Part shown: piece by piece, positions 53,937 to 64,000 of the stretch
How positions within the stretch are numbered: the stretch's first letter is position 1
How the letters are laid out: each line of letters opens with the position of its first letter
Translations under genes and position numbers: made by a program
The notes under the pieces: model-generated
What the model saw: the letters and a program-made list of their open reading frames with translations, nothing else
Databases searched by the model: none
What the model was told of the DNA's origin: nothing
Source: Calcarisporiella thermophila CBS 279.70
Taxonomy: Eukaryota > Fungi > Calcarisporiellomycota
DNA length: 64,000 nucleotides
Assembly: GCF_041956535.1 (NCBI RefSeq)
Contig: NW_027192194.1
Coordinates: 485,011-549,010 of the forward strand
Direction: 5' to 3'

Positions 53937-55391
53937 TTACTGCTGTGGTTTTGGCGCTCCCTGGGTCGTGAGCGGGTGGCCATCCGGGGCGCTGAAGGCG
54001 GAAAGCTCGTGCTCGAACTCTTCGGTGAAGGATTTGTGGCGGATTTCAAGCTCGAACTCTGTATCCGCCGTGGTGTAGCGAAATGGATTGGTGCTCCCCC
54101 CCACCGACTCAGCCTCCGACAAACGCCGGTCTCCGCCCTCTGCCGGCTCAATGGCCAGATACGACTCCACCCCACTCGAGAAGCCCTGATAGTATGGTTC
54201 ATTTCCCGCATGCTCGCCAGCCTCCTGGCCACCCGGACCCTCGCCCCCTGCCTGCTCCCCGCCACTCAGCCCAGGCTCCCCGCCAACGTACTCCATTCCA
54301 TCGGCAGGAGCCGCTATGTAGCTCTCGTAATGGTGCGTCGGACCTACCATGGTGATGGTCGATTCTTGCACCTCAATAGAGGGCACGATCTGCTCCTGCT
54401 GACCTCCCGGATAAACCCCCTGGGGGCTCCCATGGTGCTGTTGAGCCGCGAAGAGCAGCGGCGTATCTGGTATCGGCACCTCGATCCGATAGCCCCTTCC
54501 TTCCTCCGGGGGCGGGGTATAGATAAAGGATGGGTTGGCTGACTTGACTTCTTCGCCGTAAGCCGGTGCATACGCATGCACGATGCTCGTCTCGTCCATG
54601 GTGTGCACCCCTGGCGGGCGCAACGCATACTCGCTCACGATTCGTGGAAAATCGTCGCGCAGATGCATCTCATCCTCCTCCTTCCCTCCTCGACTGTTCA
54701 AGAACCCACGACTAACTCTGCCTCCTACTTGCCCTTTAGTGGTGCCGGAGAAGGGGCTATGCTGGCCAGTTCGGCGACGAAGTACGAGCCCCATGACAAA
54801 CAAAACGGCAATTAATACGCCTAGGGTAATGCCCACCGCACGTCCGATCTCACCAAGTGAAGAGCTATCAGGCGGCTGTTCCATAGGGGTCGGGGTTGAT
54901 TGCGATAGATTGCTGAGGGGCTCGAGAGTGGGAGCTGCGGAATCTGGAGTGGCCAGAGTGGAGGCAGGGGATACGCTTGAAGCGGGAGGGGGTAGTAACG
55001 GCGGCGGAGGAGGAAAAGGTGAAGTCAGAGCGGGGGTGGGGATGGCATTCGCCGAGGCTGGGGGAGGAACCAGTACCGGCTTGGCAGGCGGTAATTGGGG
55101 AGCGACAGGCTTCGGATCATGTTTCTTGTCGTCCTTTTTAGGATCATCCTTTTTCTTATCCGCATCCTTGTTATCCCTCTTGTTATCTTTGTCCTTGCGA
55201 TGTTCCTGGCGCTTTCGCTTATAATGATATCGCAAACTTTCTAACATTCTTGCGTCACCTTGACCTCGAAGAGCGCGTTTCGACTCACCACGTAGGCGGA
55301 GCGGTTCTTGAATGGTCGAATGGAGAGTGGACTGGCGGTTGGATGTGCCCTCAGATGATGCTGGTATTGTCCACGGCCAATGTGGATACAT
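53937..55391 (-). CDS. Hypothetical single-pass membrane protein (Lys/Asp block, Pro/Ser stalk, TM, disordered acidic tail)
   Basis: 484-codon uninterrupted ORF; TM AVGITLGVLIAVLFVMGLVL followed by RRR; NPF motif near the C-terminus. Confidence 0.75.
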   Translation of the reverse strand: MYPHWPWTIPASSEGTSNRQSTLHSTIQEPLRLRGESKRALRGQGDARMLESLRYHYKRKRQEHRKDKDNKRDNKDADKKKDDPKKDDKKHDPKPVAPQLPPAKPVLVPPPASANAIPTPALTSPFPPPPPLLPPPASSVSPASTLATPDSAAPTLEPLSNLSQSTPTPMEQPPDSSSLGEIGRAVGITLGVLIAVLFVMGLVLRRRTGQHSPFSGTTKGQVGGRVSRGFLNSRGGKEEDEMHLRDDFPRIVSEYALRPPGVHTMDETSIVHAYAPAYGEEVKSANPSFIYTPPPEEGRGYRIEVPIPDTPLLFAAQQHHGSPQGVYPGGQQEQIVPSIEVQESTITMVGPTHHYESYIAAPADGMEYVGGEPGLSGGEQAGGEGPGGQEAGEHAGNEPYYQGFSSGVESYLAIEPAEGGDRRLSEAESVGGSTNPFRYTTADTEFELEIRHKSFTEEFEHELSAFSAPDGHPLTTQGAPKPQQ

Positions 55392-56200
55392 GAAGACTAT
55401 ATAATTAATTAATTTTTAAAAATAATATATAGGATTAAAATGGGAAGAGAGTATATATGTATCAGAAAAGACGATAGGGTGCGCAGATGGCAGGAATCAG
55501 AAGGATAAACGCGATGTATGTGGATATGTGTGAAATGACATATATGTTTAGTATATAGCTTAAGAGTAGAGAGAAAGGGAGGGGAGGTTCAATTCAATTT
55601 TGCAACCATGGATGGAGACGGTGGCCAGTCAAGAAAGAGGGCTCAAGAAAGCTCCTGATGCAGTTTTATCGCGCAAAAAAGCAAAGGAAAGAAGAATATG
55701 AAAATGGAGGATGGGAAGGGTGAAGAGATCTTTTCAATATTACATATATGATTTTTTTTTTTTCGAAATTGTGGAATGAATAATGAATTTTTTCGACTGA
55801 TTTTGGGTATATTATTGTTTTGCAACAATTTAGCTCTGCATTGGATAAGCCTGACGAGGGTTCGACGACTTCCCTGAGGCTTTAGCGCTAATTCTCTAAC
55901 AATAAAAAGGACAAGTCTCTGTTCTTCCGTCAAAAAAAGGCTAATGGATCATAAAACCAAGGGATAAAAGAAAAAAAATGCCGGCCTTGCACTACAACAA
56001 TGGGATAGTCAAATTCCTTATAATGATTAACCTTTTTTAAAATAAGTTTAAGGGACCTAGGAAAATAAATAAGAAAAAAAAAAAGATATCAATGAGGTAT
56101 CAAGATAGGTAAATAGATAGAGATATTTGGTCATTCAGAAAAAGATATATAGGTTAAGATGAATAAATAAACAATAGACAACGGATGGAAAAAAGAGTGT

Positions 56201-58189
56201 TCATAGAATCCCCCAGGCCCTTAAAAATCCGGCGTTTAGCACCAAAAGGAAAAAGAGGCAAATCAAGAGCCCCGCGCGCCGATGCTCAGGAGTGAATCCA
56301 TTTCTGTCTCCGTTTCCGATCTCCATTCTCTCCGTCGCGGTAGTGGCGCGCGGAGTCACGTCACCATTGGGAGCCGTCCTGGGAGATGTAGTGGGGCCAA
56401 AGAAGGCATGGTGTGAATCTCCGTTCATCTTCGGCCCAAAGGGGCGACGCCCACGAAATACCGAAGGAGGCCGGTAAGTCTCCTCTGACGAGGTCGCGGG
56501 CGGGGTAAGCGCAAGTTCTGCTTCCTCGTGCTTTGTCTCGACAAAGGGGGGTGGTGTGGGAGGCGTGGTTTTCTGCTGTGGCAAAAACCGCTGGAGTCGT
56601 TGTTGTGCAAGAGTCCCGCCTCGTTGTGCCATTTGCTGCACCATGGTTTGCAGCCGGTCCACCTCCGAGACCAACCCTAATATTTTATCGCGTGCTTTGA
56701 CGATGAGAAGGTCGTTGGAAATGGAGGATAGATATCCCTTCTGAGGACTCAGCGGATTCTCGGCGGGCATCGAAAGTAAGGGGGGCTCGGCCTGTGTGGA
56801 GACGGCAGCCTTGGAGGAGGACAGGCGATCTTCTGGGGAAGGGGTGAGGTCGGCGAGAATAAGAAGCTCGCGTCGGGCCAACTGGACCTCGTTCTCCAAG
56901 ATTTGTTGTGGGTTCACCGTTTGTGTGCTGATGCTCTGCTTATTCGTTGGGGATTGGTGTTGCGGCTGCCGCTCTGCAGGCTCGTTAGCACCCTCGATTT
57001 CCGGCTCTGCCATGCGAGAGTTTCGTATTGCCTCTCTCTTTTCATCCATGTGAAGCGTAGGGGTCGTCTGCAACGTCACCTTTTTTCTTCCCGCATTTTC
57101 TCCCTCCGCTCGATCCCCCTCCTTAAGAGGCTGCACCTCGGACTCTGATCGCCGTCGGCGATGGTATTTGCGGTCTAGTCTGCTCGGAACGGTCTCATAC
57201 TCCACGTTATCTCGCATCCTCTTCGTAAGTCGTTCTCTTTCACGCGTGAATTCCCTGCGAATCCGGTCTAACTTCCACACCAGACCGTCCACCCGGTCCC
57301 GGAGATCGTTGAGCTCCTCGTTCTTATTCGCCACCAGATAACGATACAGCTTGATCACTTGAGCTTGCTTGTGCGACATCCTATTCCTGGAGGTGTAAAC
57401 CTCATGGAGTTTGTGCATTTCCGACTCTTTGGAAGCGAGAAGCTCTCGATAGTGGTCAAGCTCCTCCTCGAGTCGGCTGATGTCATCGGATCGAACCGCA
57501 CTATGGCTTCGACGGCGAAGGGGTGGGTGATTGCGTCTCGCGCTGCGACCATATCGGTCTTCCATCACCCGTGCAAGATGTCGGCTATCTACTTTCTCCC
57601 ATCTAGCCGACACTTCCATCTCTTCATTCTCCTCCATTTTTTTCCGCTCCTCCCAGCCGCCCCTCATCTTCTTCAAGGGCAAGTCATAGTCGTTCTCAAA
57701 CCGGCCCTTTTCCTCCTCACTGTCGCCAACTTCGGACTTGATGTTTGCTTGCTTCCGGCCGGTCATCTTCTTCAGAGCCGATTTAACCGTTTTTCTCTCC
57801 TTGTTCGCCACCTTTCCTCTATCTTCCCCCACTTTCTCTTCATCCACTCCCTCCCCTTCTATCTTGGCGCTAGACAAGTCGTCCCCTTTTGGTTGCAATA
57901 ACGGATCGTCATCCTCAATGACCTCTACACGGTCAGGCCCCAACTCATCCTCATCCTCCTGATCCTCTTCAATAATAACTGTGCTTGATATCGGATTCAA
58001 TCCTTGATGCAGAGTTTGCGGAGGCGGAGGAGGTGGAGGATGGCCTGGAATGAGGAACGAGTGAACTGGAACAAATCCAGGAGGAGGAGGTGGTGGCAGA
58101 GGATGATGCGGATTTGAGGGGAACATTGCAGGATTAGGACGAAAATGACTGCGTCGGTTGCGACGGTTATCTGGAAGCATCCAGTCCAT
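56201..58189 (-). CDS. Hypothetical coiled-coil protein with C-terminal tail anchor
   Basis: 662-codon ORF; polyproline N-terminus, coiled coils (ISRLEEELDHYRELL...), terminal TM AGLLICLFFLLVLNAGFL. Confidence 0.75.
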   Translation of the reverse strand: MDWMLPDNRRNRRSHFRPNPAMFPSNPHHPLPPPPPPGFVPVHSFLIPGHPPPPPPPQTLHQGLNPISSTVIIEEDQEDEDELGPDRVEVIEDDDPLLQPKGDDLSSAKIEGEGVDEEKVGEDRGKVANKERKTVKSALKKMTGRKQANIKSEVGDSEEEKGRFENDYDLPLKKMRGGWEERKKMEENEEMEVSARWEKVDSRHLARVMEDRYGRSARRNHPPLRRRSHSAVRSDDISRLEEELDHYRELLASKESEMHKLHEVYTSRNRMSHKQAQVIKLYRYLVANKNEELNDLRDRVDGLVWKLDRIRREFTRERERLTKRMRDNVEYETVPSRLDRKYHRRRRSESEVQPLKEGDRAEGENAGRKKVTLQTTPTLHMDEKREAIRNSRMAEPEIEGANEPAERQPQHQSPTNKQSISTQTVNPQQILENEVQLARRELLILADLTPSPEDRLSSSKAAVSTQAEPPLLSMPAENPLSPQKGYLSSISNDLLIVKARDKILGLVSEVDRLQTMVQQMAQRGGTLAQQRLQRFLPQQKTTPPTPPPFVETKHEEAELALTPPATSSEETYRPPSVFRGRRPFGPKMNGDSHHAFFGPTTSPRTAPNGDVTPRATTATERMEIGNGDRNGFTPEHRRAGLLICLFFLLVLNAGFLRAWGIL

Positions 58190-58561
58190 GATGCTCGCCG
58201 ATCTCTCTGTTCACTAGCTCTTGAAATCAAAAATGGACTCACAAGCTACCAATCCGGTTTCGTGACCTTTTCAAAGCAGGACTCACTCTAAAGCTTAACT
58301 ACGCGAGAGGTGCTATATACCCGATGGACATGTCATTTCAGCCGTTGGTGGCCAATCTTTCTTTTTGATCTCCAAGAGTTATCTGTTATCATTGATCACG
58401 TTTCAATGGGGATTGTGGCACAAAAGCAAGTCACATTTGGCATTTTTTTTTTCATGTTCCTCAGTGTTGAACATATATGGGAATTTCCAGAAAGACAAAA
58501 TAGCATCCACAAATGGTTTTATATTCATGACAATATAACAAGCCTATTCGACAACGGTAAA

Positions 58562-60085
58562 TTACTTCTTTAGCCGCTCGCTTAGCAATTCTCTGAAATC
58601 TGTAATGATCTTGTTTTCCTTTTTCGCTCGCTCTTCCGCGTGGTACTGCAGCAATGCCCGTTTTTCTTCCGCAGATATGACCTGGTTCTCCTTTCGGATA
58701 CGGACCGCATTCATACGGTGATGCCTAAGCACAGGGTATTGTCAGTCAGCCTTTCCGGCAAGCACTTCCCCCACTAAGAGGGGGATTGAACCTTGAAACA
58801 TTACCTGCTCCCGCTCATCACATAACCAACGTTCTCATACTTTTCAATCTCTTCGCCCGTCAAACCAATCTCACCACGTCGGGGGATACGCTTCCCTTGC
58901 TGCACATATTGTGCAATAGCTGAGCCTTCACCGGGACGCAAAGCTCCTCCGTAGCTTCGCTCATCCATCTTAATCTCGGAGACGGGAAGAGGTATGGGGC
59001 CCACCACGGATGCATCCTCAGGAAGTTCGACCTGTTTCTCAACCCAAAGCCCATCTTGTCCCTCGCTATCCTTCGCCACGACCTTTTCCAAATTCTGCCT
59101 TGCTGTCTCCTCAGGTTTCCCATTTTTCTTGGACTTTCGACTCCCCATTTCCCTTTCGCTCTCCTCGGTTGAAGAGGTGTCAGAGTCGTCGGAATAGCGT
59201 CGTTCCTTGCGGGAACTCCTGTGTTTCCGGGAGCGTTTATGTTTATGCTTATGCTTTGAAGAGTGCTTTCGTTTCTTTGAGCTGGATTTATGGCGTCTGC
59301 GTGACCGGCGGTAGTCTTCTATTGGTAATGATAACGGAAGATGAGTCAAGGAGGACACCAATTTACAGGTTGTAGCCATGGCTCTTACCCTCACTACCAG
59401 AATCTTCGCTATCATCGCTTCTGCTTGGACTCTTAGACTCATCTAAAAAGAATAAAAGGTGCGTGAGTAATCCATTAGCCGAATGAAAGCGACCGAAAAA
59501 GCAACAACCTGAAGAATCGGACTTTGCGGAGCGGTGCTTTCGCTTGGTATCAGGGGAATTCGATCGCTCACGAGAGGGCGAAACTTCTGGTGAGGACGGC
59601 CAAACTGAAAATTCCATCTTTTCTCTCTGTTGTCTGCGGCTATCATTCAAAAATAAGGTTGTTAGCGATGAACATAACATTCTCAGTACGGATTGCTTCT
59701 GCCCACTATAAATGAAAAAGATGGGCACTCACTGTTCTAAAATGTCGTCTGCATCTTCTCTTGAATATCTTGCTCTCCTGCCAGGAGATCTCCCCCTCCT
59801 ATAATCCCTTTCATCGTCTCTCCGAGGAGATCGGGAATGGTGCCTCCTTTCCGAAGATCTTCGATCATATCTTTGGTCGTCTGACCCTGAATGATAGCGT
59901 CGCCTATCGGGTGAATATCTGCGATTTCTCTCCCGATAGCGATCAGGCGAATGTGCTCGCTCTCGATCCCGCTCATATCGTCGCTCTCTATCAGGCGACC
60001 GATCACGAGAGTAGCTTCTGTGATTAGATCTACGGGGGGAATAACGATTAGAGCGGTAATGATTTTCAGTTTGCTCGTGATCCAT
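58562..60085 (-). CDS. NKAP: NKAP family protein (DUF926), multi-exon
   Basis: RS/RD-rich N-terminus; YGGALRPGEGSAIAQYVQQGKRIPRRGEIGL...GYVMSGSR|HHRMNAVRIRKENQVISAEEKRAL. Confidence 0.95.
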
Positions 60086-61086
60086 ATTTTCAGCTTCCCA
60101 AGATTTGTTGCAAATCCATGCTATAAAGCCATACCTAAGCCACACAGCATTTCTCCACCAGCCCAGGCAGCAAACAAGTGTGTACCTAGTGGGGTATATT
60201 AAAAAGAGCGGCCCACACTCGGCTGCAAACAGCCGCGGTTCCGTTTTGTGTAGGAGTAGGAGGCAAGGTGAAGTGGGATGAGGTAAGGGGAGGCGAGGAG
60301 AGGGGAGGGGTGTGAGCAAGATTGGGTAATCCTGTCCCCCTTCCGGTTCCCGAATTATCTCGTGCAAAATCGAGCACTTATCCCGGGAAAAATGCGAAAC
60401 CTTAAGTGTGTGATAGACAAAGGTGGGCCGCACCAGAAGATGAAACGCATTTTGCACACGTAATAGACGTCAGCCGCCGCAGCCTCTAAGAACCCGTGGA
60501 AGCAATTAGACAACCGAACAGCAGATCCCCCTTCGAGTCCAAGCAGTTTGAAAGGCTGGAGGCCTTCTCCTAGCTTCTTAGATAATGCGACAGGATGGAC
60601 GGTCAATCAAGTCCTTAACCGAACGACAAGAAACAGCCGCTAGCACAAAATTTCAATAATGACAAATTTCTTGAGTGTAAAGCGTAACACACCGCCCTCA
60701 GCGGAAGGGGGGCATGCGGCCATTCTAGACGATTTGTGGGTCGAGGCTCTCTTGTGATAAACATTTTTCCCCCATAATCTTAGCCCGAGGGCTATCGTGC
60801 AGGCACTTGACGTCATTAGTTATACGCAACCCCCCCCCTCTATTAACTAAGCCATGCACCAGAAGTAGCAAAGGCAAATTAGAGTTTTATCCTAACGGAA
60901 CCCAATGTTTTTGTGGCGTAACACAAGGTTTTCGGAGAGATACATGACGGACAGTTCTTTCTGTGTAGATTATGGAGGAGATTCTTTTCCAAATATTTAT
61001 TGAGTGTTTCAGCAGTCTCCTCAATGGTCTGGTGGCCCCGGTCAATGTCAAATATTCTCATGAGTTGCGTTTTTTAATATATATAT

Positions 61087-63778
61087 ATGCAACCCCAAAC
61101 CTTCGATCGCGCTATACTTGCCTCCATTGACAAAACCCTCGAGGCTGGAAGACTGGCTGAAACCCATCAAATACTCTCCGCCTGTCCCCATCTTTCCAAT
61201 CCAAAAGTCAAGGTAGCTATCGTCATACCCATGCCATTCTCTTATATATGAAAGGCTAAAATGCCCTGGTTTCTTGGGGGGAGGGGCTTATAGCTTCGAG
61301 TTCTTCAATTAGCAGTTCTGGAGAACAATATGCCCGAGGCGAAATCCACCTTTTATGAAATGTAGAGAATACACGATATTTTACTCATAATGACACGTTA
61401 ATATATCATTGTCCATTTAGTTACAAGGAGCACCATCAAGAACCATGGTTCAAGGAATACTCAAACAAACTCGTACAGAGTATAATGGAGCAGAAACGCG
61501 ACTCCACGCATAGTAAGCGAACTTTGATAATCCCCAATAGTTGCAATCACATGCTAAGATGGAATATTTAGCATTCTTTTCTACCCTTTCAAAAAAAGTG
61601 CAGCAAAACTTATTAATTGAGTGTGCTGGTAAATCCAAATGCACAAGCATAGTTTGCCTAATACTGCTTACATGAATAGCTATCGACTATAGAATGGTAC
61701 GAATCCAAGGATAATGTATTGGAAGCAGCACGGCTGTACTTTCTATGTATCGAAGCATATCCCACTTCAATTACGGAGCTGGGTGTAAGTTCTATTGCAA
61801 ATGCCCGTGTCTCGGTGGCATTTTATTGAATGCCTACCCTTTTGTCAATTAGCCTCGTCTTGCTGAACTCTTAATCAGCTTTGAGCAATCACACAAGTTG
61901 ATGGTCGTGAATCCGATCCGAAAATGGTTTGGTATGTGGTTCAATTCCCGTTGAAGACGCCTTCGCTTACCAGCATTGCACCTTCTTTTAAAAGCTGTCG
62001 GCTTTTTCCCGCATGTGTTACAAAGTGTGCTGATTATTAGCGACGATGCGTCCCCGCCCGAAACTACATCTCAGCCTACCCTCCGCGTTCCTGCCCTGCA
62101 ATTCCTCACCTGGCTCGAGTATGTGCAGGCCTACTATTTTGCCCTCAAAGATTGGGAGACTCTCTTCCGAATTTCTTTTATATCCATGGAGAAGTGTGGT
62201 TATCTGCCGGAGGGAACGTGAGTCCTTTGTATTCAACTAGGGACCATATCGTTCTAGACCTATTGCATTTTTTTTTTCCTCTAGTCACTCTTCCTTTCCT
62301 CTGTCGAACGACCTGGACCCCCAGTTTTTACATTTGCTTCGCGAGCAACGCAAAAAAGTAGACGCATCCAGACAACATCTGGGCGATTTCGAGTGCAATT
62401 TCTTGATGGTGTATTTCGTGTATATTGCATATAATTATTATTGTTTGGTGAATGATATCACTACTGATGACGATGCCAACGACGACAATGCAAAGAGTAA
62501 GTTTATTTTGTCGCGATGTATGAGCGTCGCAAACCAGTCTCACCCAAGTCGAACATGCTATTGTTGTTTAGAGAACTCACCTTTCTTTATACCCGTATGC
62601 GATCTCTTTCCTCCGACCGCTTTTTCTCGCCGGCAATTCTCTGAAAATATGAACAGTGCATTGTCGGATGACGAGAATTCCGCTACCGACGATGATTCGT
62701 TTGACACCGATGACCTCGACGAAAATAGTCAGGACACTGGCCTTTTCAAGAATCTCTTGGATTCTGAAGACACCTTATCCCCCAAACGCCGGCGACTTAC
62801 CGAAGATCATGTGATGCATATCTCTAATTTGATCAGTGAGCAGAACGAACAGCGTCACAAGGAAGAGAACGATCAATTACTGAACAAAAAATTGATGGGC
62901 ACTCTCCACACGATCCAGGACTTGTTCTACTATTTTGTTATGTATGGGCGAGCAATGGGGGGTGCTCGTGGAAGCACCATTGCGGAGATCATGGACCAGC
63001 TTGATCGGTGGCGACTGACCACGAGCCTGTACGACGCAGCCCTCTTGGCCTATGCCGACACGAACCTCTTCACGGTGCGTCGCCCTCTCGTGCTCTTCTA
63101 TCCCTAACAGTTTGATGAATTTAGCGTCTTCCTTTTTAATTTTTGTAGGGCCTCTTGCACCCAGCCCTTAATTCTTACCAAATACTTCTTGACCGCAGGC
63201 TGAAAGATTGGCAGAAGAGATGCCTCCTCATGTCCCCCTCATTCCTCCCTTTTCGCATTCTCTACAGCATCGCACTCTGCTACATTCTTGCCGGCTGGAT
63301 TCACGAGGCACGAGTAGAGCTTTGCACTCTCCTCAGCACCGTCAACCTCGACCTACAGAGCCTAGCGCCCGAATTTGAGGCAGAGGATGAGAATACCTCG
63401 CGGTCTATTATGTCGGGGTCTCGCTTTGTTAGAATGTCTAAGGAGGGATTAGCGGTGAGATGCGTCAAGCACTTGATCGCAGGATATGTAACCCAGATAA
63501 GACATCGGCCCGGGCCCATGTTGTCGCAATATGCATCCGAAGCACTGGCATTAATGCAGCTGAGCTGGAGATATTATCGCTCCAACGGGATGGCTGCAAA
63601 AGCCTTAGCTCAAATGTTTCGGAGGGAACTAACGGTCAGAAAGGAGGTGATACCATACATTTACGAGAAGGATCTGGTTCAAGCGTGGAAGCTTCCCGAT
63701 GGGGTTCCGACAGGAAGTAAGGAGAGCTTGAATGGGCTATTGAAAAATATTGTGAAGGTTTATGGAGGTGGAAAGTAG
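61087..63778 (+). CDS. INTS10: Integrator complex subunit 10-like protein, many small 5' exons
   Basis: Spliced N-terminus FFSTLSKKVQQNLLIECA...EAARLYFLCIEAYPTSITELG|PRLAELLISFE...VNPIRKWF...LRVPA...WLEYVQAYY...DWETLFRI...EKCGY is colinear with the metazoan INTS10 N-terminus as I recall it. Confidence 0.7.
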
Positions 63779-64000
63779 ATTTCGCTACTCCTAGCTTTTT
63801 TTTGGAATCAATGTATTATACGTGTAGTTTGTATCATTTGCATAGTTAAAATGTGTTTTACAATTAAAAGCTTGGCAATGCTGCATTTTCTGCATTCTCT
63901 TTTCATATTATCTTTTAAATAATCAAGGATCGTGAGGCCAAAGATAATGGCATTAATGAGCAAGTTATCGAGAATCCTATTTTGGCCGAAGTGGACTATT

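Noticed and set aside
61938-61950. GGTTCAATTCC, a tRNA T-loop-like sequence
   Set aside because: T-stem does not pair and there is no cloverleaf; it lies in an INTS10-like intron.

Overview
Gene-dense, intron-rich eukaryotic DNA, almost certainly fungal. The gene set (Pcl5-type cyclin, GGA, Pob3, short fungal tropomyosin, plus GNL1, C7orf25, NKAP, TTC9-like and INTS10-like genes) suggests an early-diverging lineage such as Mucoromycota; this is inference. I reconstruct 23 protein-coding genes, mostly housekeeping: CYP450 (5'-truncated), GNL1, ALA1, Pcl5-like cyclin, secreted LPMO-like protein, C7orf25/DUF1308, DPP-IV, TM-ARM-SPRY-SPRY protein, tropomyosin, RPT3, ARC18, GGA, CLC antiporter, DnaJ, POB3, membrane glutaredoxin, CENP-I, TPR protein, TALE homeobox, two orphan membrane proteins, NKAP and an INTS10-like gene. 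I found no supportable rRNA, tRNA, CRISPR array or intact mobile element. Best leads: (1) a His-brace LPMO-like protein hidden by an intron, with a cationic GNRGQ pentapeptide-repeat tail and an RVRR site; (2) an Integrator subunit 10 homolog visible only after joining small exons; (3) a membrane-anchored ARM + double-SPRY protein with no RING; (4) a TGGTGGC (PACE-like) motif shared by four promoter regions; (5) three introns that need GC donors. All homology calls come from motif recognition by eye, with no database search.
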